A stretch of 63,901 bases of DNA, counting the filler, from Perkinsus chesapeaki ATCC PRA-425 (taxonomy: Eukaryota > Protista > Perkinsozoa), in the NCBI GenBank assembly GCA_013115145.1. It is 7 parts of 7 records of this genome, joined end to end, with 100 filler letters (N's around TTAATTAATTAA, not from the genome) between each part and the next. Parts side by side here need not be neighbours in the genome. Positions count along the whole stretch, not along the records: positions 1 to 28,213 come from JAAPAO010000480.1; positions 28,314 to 48,366 come from JAAPAO010000625.1; 5 more parts are not named here. The stretch is one strand, 5' to 3'. Shown piece after piece: positions 24,287 through 35,360 of this stretch. Made by a program: the position numbers and the translations under genes. A model generated the notes under the pieces. It was given only the letters and a program-made list of their open reading frames with translations. It made no database searches and had not been told where the DNA came from. How positions within the stretch are numbered: the first letter of the stretch is position 1; every line of letters starts with the position of its first letter.

Positions 24287-26476
24287 ATGTTTCCTACTCT
24301 AAGTTCGGATTTTTATGCTACGCATGTTGCCAAAGTAATGCACATGTCACAGCATATGTTCGATTCCGAACGGATTAAGGCAAATGAGGCGTTCCAGGAT
24401 GGTTCAGCATTTGGTTCAGTTCTTCCTACTTGGGATGAACCAGCTCCGCTGATGTTTGGAGAAAATTTCCCCCTTTTGGACTCTGTGGTGCAATACACTA
24501 TCAGTCAAAACTTACCGGCTCTATTTGCCGAAGTTGATGGGGTACCTTCTCCAAGTCTCCAACAACAGTTACATTCTGCGACGTTGGAAACTGTGAAGTT
24601 GATTCTTCGAGACTGGGAAGAGTCTTATAAGGTTGACACTTCAACATCTACGTGTGGTGGTTCTCTACGCCCGGGTGTTCTCCTTAGATTGTTGACCGAA
24701 ATCGGGGATCCAGACTCTCTCGAGTTATCCCAAATAATTCAGCACGGGGTCAATATTGGTCTTCACTCTAGCGTGAGGGATACTGGTCTATTCCCAAGGC
24801 TGAAAAAGGATGATAGACGAGATGCTATGTATCCTAAACTATTATGGTCTGACAATAACTATAAGTCTGCAGATGACCCACTCCTGGAACCCTTTATTAA
24901 TTCTACATTGGTCAAGGAATGTGAGGCGGGGTTTATTCGTGAAGTCCGGCAGTCCGATTTACAACATTGCTGTAAATTGGGTGCCATTGGTAAATATTCC
25001 GATGGTGTATTGAATGGAGTTAGACTGATCGAGGATCACCGCAGAAGCGGTCTTAATTCTCGCCTACAATCGGTCGAGTCCTGTGCTCTACCGAAGGGTG
25101 CAGATTTGATTACTTTATTGAAGGCAATAGAGTTGGCTGGGGGCCCTCTATCAATCTGCCAGCTAGATGTGGCCCATGCATTCAGGCATATCCGTTTACA
25201 ACCGAGTGATTGCCCATGGGTGGGATTTTCATATCACCACCGCTTCTTTATGAATATGGTACTCCCGTTTGGCCTATTAACAAGTCCGTTTTATTGGGCA
25301 AGATTTGCTTCTTCAGTGCATCGTCTAGCCATACGGTTGATTGCACGGTCTAAAAATTCCTATCCGGTTCCTACAACTAATGTCCTGGGAGGTGGTCTCC
25401 TGTATGTGGATGATCACACTTTTATATCTTCTTGCCCGCGGAGAATGCCACTAATAACAAGTCTACTTTGTGTGTTGTGGTCTCTACTGGGCTGTGATCT
25501 ATCATGGCCAAAACTTAGTATAATATCTACTCCTGGTTACGGTACGGTAAATGAGACACGTATTCTTGGTTATGGCATACGATTGATGAACTCGCCGGAT
25601 AACAAGTTTTCAGTATTTATACCAAAATTGAAGCTAGACTTGATCCAGTCTCAGCTGAATACGGTCCTCAACGACACCAGAATTAGTGCTAAGGATTTGC
25701 AGAGTCTACTTGGCAGATTACAGTGGGTGGGGGAAATGTTCATTTTCCTTAAGCCTCACCTTCGAAGCTTCTGTGCTAGCGCTGCTATAGTGCAGCGAAA
25801 AGGTTAACGCTATTTACCTATCGGCAAGAAGGCCCAAATCCGAAACGATGCGGCGAAACTCCTCTCCCTTGTTACTGAGAGATCGCCAGAAATATCGTTA
25901 TGTACTAGATTAGCTTGGTGCAGGCCAGAGGTAGAACCTGTCACCGTTGTGTCTGATGCTAGTACAGTTGCCTTAGGAGGTTATGTGGTCTTGTCTATTA
26001 GCTCTCCAACAATCTTTTATTTTCGGTATAACATTGCTAATATTCCGCCATTAGTAGCCAGTACGATTCTGCAGGCCAATCCTGTTGTTTCGTCGAAGGA
26101 TATCATAGCGTTGGAATGTTTGGCAGCAGCTCTGGCATTGCTGATTGCCAAAGAGAAATGCTTATGTTATGCTGCATGTACGCGAGCGTGGAGGCCTCTA
26201 ATCCTACATTCTGATAATAGCGGTGTCGTTGGTATGTTCAAGAAGTCTTATGCTCGTAAATCAACCTGTAGTCCAATCCTTCAACTGGTATCTAAAGAAG
26301 TGTGGCAGCTGTCTATACCTACGGGTTTCTACCACATTCAAGGCGTTGACAATACCTTAGCGGATTGGTTAAGTCGGTCAGCAGAAGGAGATGTGCTGTT
26401 AACGGAAAGGTTTGAACGAGTTTCTGTCGAGCATTGGTTACAAGAACTATCGATGGTATGTGAGCAGACTCGGTAG
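24287..26476 (+). CDS. RT-RNase H (pol) of YR element 1, interrupted by one in-frame TAA at 25805-25807
   Basis: RT motifs LDVAHAFRHI, VLPFGLLTSP, YVDD, ILG. The same frame continues past the TAA into RNase H: SDAS, IIALECLAA, HSDN, HIQGVDNTLADWLSR. Confidence 0.93.
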
Positions 26477-26581
26477 ACCTTGCATACCACAAATTTATTC
26501 TGTACAGAGTCTTACTTTTATGCTTGTAGTGTTGTGTTTGAGTTCAACCATAATTTATCTGCAGTTGATTGCCTGCAATTG

Positions 26582-27965
26582 ATGCTTCCTTCGATCGAGA
26601 GGTTATGTAAAAGTTTAGCTTTAAGTATACCAGATACGGTTGGTACGATATTAGATCAGGAAGGACTCCTTACCGTCTCTCTCTTGGCCTCGGTTCGCGA
26701 GAATGATGTGAATTACTTGGCGCAAAAAGTTCCAATAGTAGACCGTACTTTCTTAGTCTCAATTTTCGTCAAAGCGAGAACTTTAGCACAACTGGAGTGC
26801 GCTCAACCATCGAGTGTCTTACCAGAAACACTGCCGAGTGCTGATTGTCCGTCCACTCATCGAAGGTCTGGTGGTTCTAATATATCTGACAGATCTGGTG
26901 AGGCTCTCCAGCGTCGTATTGCCGATATATCAACAGCCCTCGTACCAACAGCATCTATCATGAAGTGTGCGGTGGATGAATTTATCCTGGAAGGATTAGA
27001 ATGGTCAACTAGAAGGCAATATGGTAGAGTGGAAACTATGTACCTGCAGATGGTCTTACCTGGCGAATGCGGTTTTCCATTACAACCTGATTTGTTAGCT
27101 CGTTTTGTGTATGTTCTGAGCAAGTGTGGCTATGCTCCTTCGACTATGGAAAGCTATACCAGATCACTGCGAGCAGTTAATTCTCGGCGCGGGCATGTTT
27201 TGTCGCAATCGGGAGTCTTTCTTGCAAATGCTGCGCTCCGTGCGGCGAAAAAGATGTATAAAGGCCCTTCGGGACGCAAAGCTCCTGCATTCACATCTGC
27301 TCAATTACATTCCCTGGCCGAGTATTCTGGCTCGCTACAACATGTGAAAGCGGCGGCATTGGTCGCTATCTTTGGCTTGCTGAGATCTGAAGAGATTCTT
27401 GGCTTATCCTTGGACGATATCGCCTTTTTCAATCTTGTTGGGCCATCAGCTGTGCCCCGTGTTACGGTGACATTGAAGCGGAGCAAGACGGATGGTGGTG
27501 GTAGCTCTAATTCGTGTACGGTTGGCAAGGGAACCGTCCTGACGATTGCTTGTGTTGAGAACAGCCAGTATTGCCAGCACAAACTATGTCCTGTCCACTC
27601 ACTCCTGTGGTACGTGTCATCTTTCAGGCCAAATAACGCTGTTGATGAGACCCTAGCTTCAGTAATACTGAAGTACTGAATCAGTATCGGCGTTCGTTGA
27701 CGTTACCGGCGCGCCGCTAAATTATTCATGTTTCCTTGAGGGGTTACGCTATATCGTTCGGTCGTCTGAGGTGTCTACCCATTCGTGCCGACGTACCGGA
27801 ACGCAACTACTATTCCGAGCAGGGTACTCTGTATTACATCTATGTCAGTATGGTCGCTGGCGGTCGGGGCCAAGTGGTGCGGTGTTGAACTATTTGGATG
27901 ATGTTACTCTGTGCGAGGTTGGTAATTATGCCGGGAGGATGATGGCGGTGGTAGATGCGGAGTAA
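26582..27965 (+). CDS. Tyrosine recombinase of YR element 1, frameshifted at ~27670-27680
   Basis: GLLRSEE (R), KRSKTD (K) and CPV in the first frame. The +1 frame is open from 27672: PLNYSCF..THSCRRTG (HxxR), GRW and NYL (catalytic Y). First ATG at 26582. Confidence 0.92.
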
Positions 27966-28213
27966 GCGACGGGCTAATGTCCTAGGCTCTGTGACAGAGC
28001 CTTTTGCAGTTCACCCTTGATTTGTGAGGAGTAACGTGGCCCAAGCTAGTCGAAAGAGTTTTTCAGACGGGTGATGTGTTGAGTTGAACAAAAAAGGAAA
28101 GGCAGCGTGCTCCTTGGTGAGCGAGGTGGAGCGTAGAACGGGAGGAGGCCTGCGGCACGTTCAGCCGTGCGATCGGACCCTGTTGTTCACAGGTCAGTCT
28201 CTTCGCACTGCAT

Positions 28214-28313
28214 NNNNNNNNNNNNNNNNNNNNNNNNNNNNNNNNNNNNNNNNNNNNTTAATTAATTAANNNNNNNNNNNNNNNNNNNNNNNNNNNNNNN
28301 NNNNNNNNNNNNN
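28214..28313. other. Artificial contig linker (N-TTAATTAATTAA-N); also at 48367-48466, 54445-54544, 57889-57988, 60615-60714 and 61747-61846; plain N gap at 59291-59387
   Basis: The same 100-nt spacer recurs, with a palindromic core that reads as stop codons in all six frames. Confidence 0.98.
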
Positions 28314-28416
28314 TGTACAGTAATAATGTTATATTAATAATGTACAGTAATAATGTTATATTAATAATGTACAGTAATAATGTTATATTCATAACGTACA
28401 GTAATAATGTTATATT
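28314..28416. repeat. 27-nt AT-rich minisatellite, about 4 copies (TGTACAGTAATAATGTTATATTAATAA)
   Basis: Direct tandem copies visible at the contig end. Confidence 0.9.
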
Positions 28417-28429
28417 GTTATTGCGGGTG

Positions 28430-29652
28430 TCGATTTTCGAGCAGTCAACTAAGCCTAAACAGCAATGACAATACCCAATGAAATAACTGGCTGGCTTTAC
28501 GCCAATAGCGTATCTTTGCTGTTTATTGATTACCAGGTTCAAGCTTCCGGCACTACCGCAGTAGTCTTCATGCGGAATCATTTGAAGGACCCGGAGGTCT
28601 TCTGGAGTGCTCACTGTGGTGACTCTCGCTTGGTAAGGCGATGCGTTTGATGTCCATTAACATTTCAACCCAACTAGGTTGTTGGCACTGAGGCTAAGAG
28701 AGCAGTCGAATTCGTTACTGCCGATCACAAGCCCGATACTCCTGCTGAGAGGGAACGTATTGAAGCTTCTGGAGGAGAGGTTAGGTCCTTTACCTATGAT
28801 GATGATTGGACAGTGTAAGAGAGAGAGCAGCAGCAGCAGCTTTCATGGTGTATTGGTCAAGGCCCCTACGAGCTCTTAGTCGGTATGGTTTTGCCAGTCC
28901 CACAGTACCCCTGTGATGAACGCACGTCCGTAACCGGATCCCTGTCCCACAGGTTGATGAAATGCGTCGAGGTTCTGCTATATAATATTATACGTTATTT
29001 ATTACGTTATTAAGTATGTTATAGATGGTATCGTATACATGACCTCATCCATCGTTTGCGGTTTTGTATTTCTCTCCTTACCATCCAATATTCTCACGCG
29101 CCGAACAATTAGTATCTCGCGTCCCATCGAGACTGTTGGGCCCTTGGAACCTCGCTGTTGTTTTAGGCATAGAATTTTCGTTAAAGACGCCGACTACCCT
29201 GGTCTATGTATGGCACGGTCTCTAGGTGATCACTGTGTTAAAACTCACGGTGTCACTTGTGAACCAGAAGTGCATAGGCATACATTGCCGGACAGGAAAA
29301 GCAAGCCCCTTATTGTAACCTACATAGTGCAAGAGACCATTCCAGTAACTATGGCTTGTAGATAATGGCGTCTGATGGAGTGTGGGAGTTCCTGGCCTCG
29401 GATTGGGTGATGAAGGCCATCGCTCGCAAGGTCCCTGTTGATGGTGCCTCCAGATGTATACAAAAGTTGGCTAAGGAAGCTCGGAAGAGGTAGGCCTTCA
29501 CCGGGAAAATGCAGTTGTGCATATTTCTCGATGCACAAAGTTGCTTATTCGTGCACTCTGCCATTATTGTGTAATATTTGTTCTTCAGGTGGAAAGAGGA
29601 GGAAGGGGATTACTGCGATGACATAACCACCATCATGATGCGTTTTAAATGA
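28430..29652 (+). CDS. PP2C/PPM protein phosphatase, 5'-truncated, multi-exon
   Basis: SGTTAVV, AHCGDSRLV, TADHKPD...ERERIEASGG, GLCMARSLGD, EPEV, MASDGVWEFL and DDITTI; stop at 29650-29652. Confidence 0.93.
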
Positions 29653-29867
29653 CTCCGGTTCTGTTGTTGCTGCAGCTGCTGCGCTCACCGTTGTTACTGT
29701 TCTCCTCCTCATCCTTTTCCAAGTCGGCCTCCTCCTCCTCATCCTTTTCCAAGGTGGCCTATTTGCATTCACCTAACCCAATTGATGATGCCTGCTGTTG
29801 TTCGTACCATTCTTGTCGCGTTCACCAGGGAGGGAGTGGGCAAGCGTATCGAGTAGTTGGAGGGGAA

Positions 29868-32800
29868 ATGGTGCTTTGTTGCGGTGGGAAGAAATCTGTC
29901 GAAACTGTCACTGAGACGTTCGAAGACAATCCCTTGGAAGCACACGAGAAAAAGGCAGGTAAGGAACCGAGAGAGCCAAACATCGTGAGACGCCATCTGA
30001 TTTAAGCTAATGCGACCGCGAAACGAGGAGCGGACAGAGCGAGCCATGGCATGCTTCACAGAGTGAGCATAGAGAATGAACCCTGTCGATTGGGTCAATC
30101 AAATACACTTGGTGAAGGGACTGAAATACTGTAATACATGAGATAATACAGTCGAAACACAGAGAGCAAGCAAGCGTGAGACCAGCGTTACATCAGGCGA
30201 ACGTCTGTGCCGTGGAAAGAGGGCGATGCCGAGCTCGAATGGTTATTGGGAGCGATCAGGCAGTTACCTCCACCAGTCTGGGACGCAGAGCTCGCGGCGT
30301 AGTCCTTGCTGATTGCTTCCTCCACGACCTCACAACGCCCGCTTAGGCACGGACCGAACAAAATAGTGGTTGAAGAAATCATGAAAAAAATTCGTGAAGA
30401 GGCGATCCGACTGTACAAGCGAGCCATTGAGGAGAAGAGCTTCCAGTGGGTTCATGTGAAGAGCATTAACAGTGCTGCGATGCACGACATAGGTCTGTCG
30501 TGAACGAACTCGAGGGCTACAAGGCGGCGAAGCGTGGGGAGAATAAGGGTGACGAGGCCAGATCAAATCTGATGGATCCGCTTTTCGCATCAGATGAGGT
30601 CCCTAGCACTAACTTGCCGAATGAGGCAATTTCTGGGGTCCTCGAGGGGTACAAGATGGAGAGCCTCTCAAATCTCGTCGGTAAGAGCCGTACGGGCTCA
30701 AGATCTGGGGGGGTTGGGTGAACCTCGGCTGCGAGATTTATTTCCTATTCAGATATGATGAAGCTACGTAAACCGCATTTTGGATTCGCGAAGCTTGAAG
30801 GCGATCTAACGCGTAAGCGATCTCGTCGCCATTTCGTTACACGTTTTTTACCTTTCGTTATCATTCAGATGTAGATGATAGATGCCAGACCGATGAACCA
30901 GCGAGGATTGCGGAGTGTGGTGCTCCGACACTCGAGCATCATACTGCTGCTATCCGAATCCAGGTGAGTATAAGGACGAGATAGACGGGTGACAGCTGTG
31001 GGGTTCGAACCCACGCCCTTTCGGAATGGCGCCTAAAGCCACCGCCTTGGACCACTCGGCCAAACTGTCGATACAAGAGTTGAGAAGAAGGCTTATATGT
31101 TATTTCTGTTCCTTCACTCAGAGCCATATTAGAGGCTTCCTGCAACGGCGCATGCTCCTAACTATGAAGTCGCCAGCCTCTGAGCTTAGTGTGGATGCCA
31201 ATGATGGCTTTTTGGTCGACCTTGGAACCTGTGCTGCCTCCGATAGAGCAAATGTCGGAGGATGCCCCTCTTCCTATCCAGACAATGTCATGGGTGTAGT
31301 GGAGGAACCTCAAGCGAGCAGTACAAGCCAGAACGTAGAAGACTCAGGAGTGGGAGTTGTGGAACCTGAGGGCATGATTACTGAAAGCCATCGGAAAGCT
31401 ATCGATAACAGTCTGGGTGATTGCTTGCATCACGAGAAAAATGGTAGGGCCCGGGAGTGCGACGGTCATTGGCGGTCCGGCGATGGCGCAGCCGAATTTG
31501 TGAATGAAATCCTCCGAGCATCGGTCGACGCAGCTATCAGAGATGATGAAAGCTGCGAAGATATCCTGTCTGGTCGTGGCCCATCGAATACATCTCACAA
31601 CGTAGAAAGGCCCACCGGTCACGGCTCGTCCGGTGACTTCATAACTGCACGCGTCAACGTAGGATCCGAGTATACAAGCGGAAATGAGCCAGTGGGACCA
31701 TGTGATGCCGATGCTGAAACCCTGAGAAGCAGCATGAGTCTGACTGCACCTCACCAAGTTGAAGAACAGTACGAAGATACTATCGGTGTCACGGAAGACG
31801 CTGAATATGATGACGAGGAGCTTTGTGAAGACCATATTCCTACCGAAGGCTCTGTTGGTAGAGTCTCGTCCGCCGAGACGGCGGTAAGGAAGCCTGGGCC
31901 GATCTTCGAATGTAGCTCGAATATTGATAGTGCTGCTGGTTGCCGTGGAGAAAGCACACCCATGGAAGACTCCCAGTGTCCCCTTGACCATGGAACGGAT
32001 GCTCTTGGCCAGGTCCTTAGCAGCGAACGGTTTCCTCACGACCCTGTCGATACAGGGGAGAAGTTGCCTACCCACAGCACGGCTTCGTTGGGTCTCGAAA
32101 CAGACGAACTCTCAGTCAGAGCGGGGAACAGAAGCAACGCGAAACCTCGCTTACCGGCTGATGCGGCAAGCTGCTTAGAAGACCGCCAGCAGAATGGCAG
32201 CGCTCCTCCGATTGCCGCATTCGACAAAAGTGGTGTTTGCAGGGCGCCTCATATAGATGAGGTTGACTCTGATGATAGCGCGATACGTAGCAAGCTTAGT
32301 GGCCTACAAGAGCACCCAGAGGGAACAGCTACTTTGGAGGACACACACACCATTGCCGAACCTGCCTCGGTGCAGGCCATTGGAGATGAATTCACTCACC
32401 AACACTTTATGGAATGCGAAGGCCACAAAGCCAACTTGGGAGCGAGCCAGGAGAACTGTGGACCGGACGCACACTGGGAGGCAAATGAGGAACCTCAGCT
32501 CAAACGCCGCAGTGTAAATAGTAGCTCCTCAGCGCCACCCATCAGTGACTTACGTTCGAATCATGCCGTGCCCAGTGCATCACTAGATGACACTGGACAA
32601 ATACTTGATGAGTTGCTGGAGGCTATGCCAGAAAATGCCATTGCGTTTCACGAGAACGCCCTGGAGACAGTCGACTCCCCCGACGATGGCCTCAGGCAGG
32701 AGCGAGATGAGCCCTTGAACGTTGGTTTGGTGTCTGTAGCGTATGAATGCAAAAGCCGAGCTTGTAACAATGAGTCTCCTTGTGGCAATGGTCAGTATGC

Positions 32801-34292
32801 TATAGTCGATACACGGTCTGTAAGTATACCCCAAGAAAGCGCTATGGTTCATAAGGCGTCGGTATCTGGGAGGCCCCATAGTTCGGGTTCACCTGTAGGG
32901 TTCGCGACAGGTGAGACTGAAAGCCAGGACCAATTTGTCGACGGCTTGGAGGTACGTGAGCTAGGCAGTGACTGCTTCGAAGGGCTAGTTCGTACCGATC
33001 CTGGTGGTCCCAATGACAATGAGTCAAAGGCGCGGGGTGAATTGTCTTATAACAAAGGTCTCGGAGAGATTGTGCCAGGAAATGGACTAATTCACGCACT
33101 TTCACAGGAGACTATGCATGGAGAGGAGCCGCCAGAGACACAACCTGCCGTGGAAAGCAACAGCGCTAAAGCAGCCGACGGAGAGGAATACGCCATTGGA
33201 GAAAATATGCCGAACGAAGACCACGCATGCCTCTTGGAAGCTGCTGCCAGCAAGGGGGTTGTCGAAGGGGGTGAGAGCAATTCGCGTCGGTCCGAAGTAC
33301 AGATCGATAGTCTTCCAATGCCACTACCTAGCGGACCTCATACGTGTTTGTCTGAACAAGCGATGCGGTCTATAAGTGGAAACGGCGACCAGCTCGTGGA
33401 AGGGCCGGACGAGGTCCGCGAGCATGTGGATGGCGCTCTATTTGATGTCAAAGGAAATTCTGAGCGCGGAGCAAAGTGCGACCTAGAGTTCGCAATGGTT
33501 CAGAGAGGCTTGGAGGGAGCGGGCCTCGGTGAAGCAGCTGTGACTGAAGCCTCTCGTGGAGCTCGCGTTAGCGAATGCCCTGGGGTGCTTGATAGCATTG
33601 AGCTCGATCGGGAAGAGCTTTTACATCTGCCTGATAAAAGCAGTGGAATGCAGTATGGCGGTTATAGGGCGACGGATGATGAGTCGAAAGGTAGATTAGC
33701 TGATAGCAGACCTGTCGTAGAGAACATAGTGCACGAGAGGCTTGCCTATAACCCACATGCAGCAGAAGTACATCCTGTATACACAGATAAGGATGGAACC
33801 ATTGACGAGGACGAGAACTTGGCTCTATTGGGGCAAGCACGATGCAGCGGCTATGTGTCTTTGAAGAGAACGGGCGACCTGCCAATGGGTTCGCTAGCCG
33901 TTCTTATGCCTCGTCCTTCTGAGAAGGGCCGATTGGGCGCCGCCCAGATGACAGGAGATACTCTATCCCCGACGAGACCATGCACCCAAGCAGAGCACGT
34001 GCCTGGCTCCGAGGATGGGCAAGGTAAAACGGCCGACGTTAGACGCTGATGAGCGTACCAGCTCAGCGCGACGAGCCGAGTCCCCAGATATTGCAGGGAG
34101 CCCTGTCCTGATCGAGCAAGATGGCAAACAACGGCTGAGGCCGAGAGCAGCAGTGAGAGCCTAGTCCTTGGACTGTTGCTCCGCCACCAGCAACGACTCA
34201 CTCGGTTACAGATACCGAGCCGTACGCAAGGTTGTGAATTAACGGTTGAGGAAGAGGAGGAGGTCCGCGGCGGCCGAGTGAGCCTCGCATAA
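29868..34292 (+). CDS. Large acidic, low-complexity IQ-motif protein (multi-exon; N-terminal MVLCCGG)
   Basis: Splicing out 30964-31121 rebuilds AAIRIQ|SHIRGFLQRR, an IQxxxRGxxxR motif. This is followed by a ~2.9-kb D/E/S-rich exon. The listed ORF start at 31026 lies inside the antisense tRNA and is spurious. Ends approximate. Confidence 0.65.
30990..31069 (-). tRNA. tRNA-Leu (anticodon TAG)
   Basis: Cloverleaf: acceptor GACAGTT/AGCTGTC, anticodon arm GTGGC-TTTAGGC-GCCAT, variable arm TCCGAAAGGGC, T-arm GTGGG-TTCGAAC-CCCAC. Confidence 0.96.
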
Positions 34293-34489
34293 AATAGCAA
34301 TACTTTTATGTGTTTGCGTCGAAATTACTAGGCTAAGTCTAGAATTCAGAGGCTGCACTAGGAACAGCATATTGTGAATTATGCTACGTAGTTTAGAGCA
34401 TTTGCTCGATGGAAAAATCTCGTCATTCTGCTATCTCGAGCGCCGTGACAACTGAATTAGTGACAAAATCTATTGCAGTGTCATTATGT

Positions 34490-35360
34490 GTTTACATTCT
34501 CTCAAGTCACCTAAGCTATGGGCAAAGCTAGTCGCCACCGAGGGGACCGGCCTCGACGAGGCGGAGCAGAAACAGATCTTACATGAGCTCGACATGGAAC
34601 GGGCCTGCAGGCTGAAACTGAAGCAGGAAAAGCAGAAGAGACGTGATGAAGTACTTCTTGCGGAGAGACACTGCTGACTGCTGCTAATTCGCTTTTTGTT
34701 GGCAGGTTAATAAAGAAAGGGAGCGGGAAAGGAAACGACTGCAGGAAGAGAAGGAAAACCAGCTCATAGCAGAACAGGAACAGCGCCGTCAGCGACGGGT
34801 GGAGGTAAGTCAAAAGTAAACGTTACAGTTTTCCAGGTGAACTTGACCTTACCTCAAGCTCTTGCTCGCAGGAGCTCAAGTTGTGGCTGGAGACGAAGGA
34901 AGCCGAGAATCGAGAACGGCGTGCACGAGAGCGCGCCCAAATACAGTAGGATGTGAGCCTCGATCGGTCCATAACGAGTGAACCAGGGCTTTGAAAGACG
35001 CCAAGCGAGCAAAGGAGGAAAGAGAACTGCAGCGTCAAGAAATTTTCAATAAAGAACGCGAAGCCCGATTGCGTCGTGCAGCTCGGCGGCTGGAGAAGCA
35101 GCGGATAAGGCTAGAGCGAGCTCAGCAAGACGGGAGCACAGGTAACAGGATCTTGTCTTCGAAGAAAGTAGGACGGCGTAGGTCATGGCTCGCCCTTGAC
35201 TATGTTAACTTCGAGTGCGCCAGTCCTTCCTGAAGCTGATGGGCTCCTGTTGCCCGACTTGGAGATTCGACAAGTGCATCATCACGTACATTATCATCAT
35301 GGACTCGATTTAGAAAACTCTATTCTGTCGGACGATGAGAAGACACGAATTGAGTAGGCT
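34490..35360 (+). CDS. Coiled-coil exons (E/R/K/Q-rich); separate gene or 3' part of the IQ gene
   Basis: EAEQKQILHELDMERACRLKLKQEKQKR, LKLWLETKEAENRERRARERA and KEERELQRQEIFNKEREARLRR, separated by intron-sized gaps. Confidence 0.5.

Larger units (their letters stand above)
22540..28213 (+). mobile_element. Tyrosine-recombinase retrotransposon 1 (DIRS order, Ngaro-like); 3' end cut by linker
   Basis: Order gag(CCCH) - RT - RNase H - YR with no DDE integrase and no visible methyltransferase domain. The left boundary is estimated; terminal repeats were not found. Confidence 0.92.

Noticed and set aside
24287-26476. DNA methyltransferase domain, as in DIRS1 (DAM) or dinoflagellate DNMT-carrying elements
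   Set aside because: No DPPY/NPPF, FxGxG or PCQ motif is seen, and there is no room after RNase H.
28258-28269. Recurrent palindrome TTAATTAATTAA and ORFs ending in 'LIN'
   Set aside because: It is always embedded in 100-nt N blocks, so it is an assembly spacer, not biology.
29645-29772. Possible minus-strand acidic exon (ATLEKDEEEEADLEKDEEE) overlapping the PP2C stop
   Set aside because: It is explained by a 27-nt duplication in low-complexity 3' sequence. No credible upstream exons exist that do not collide with the plus-strand gene.
31026-31121. Start of the listed 1007-aa ORF
   Set aside because: It lies within the antisense tRNA and the intron; the spliced IQ motif shows the real upstream exon.
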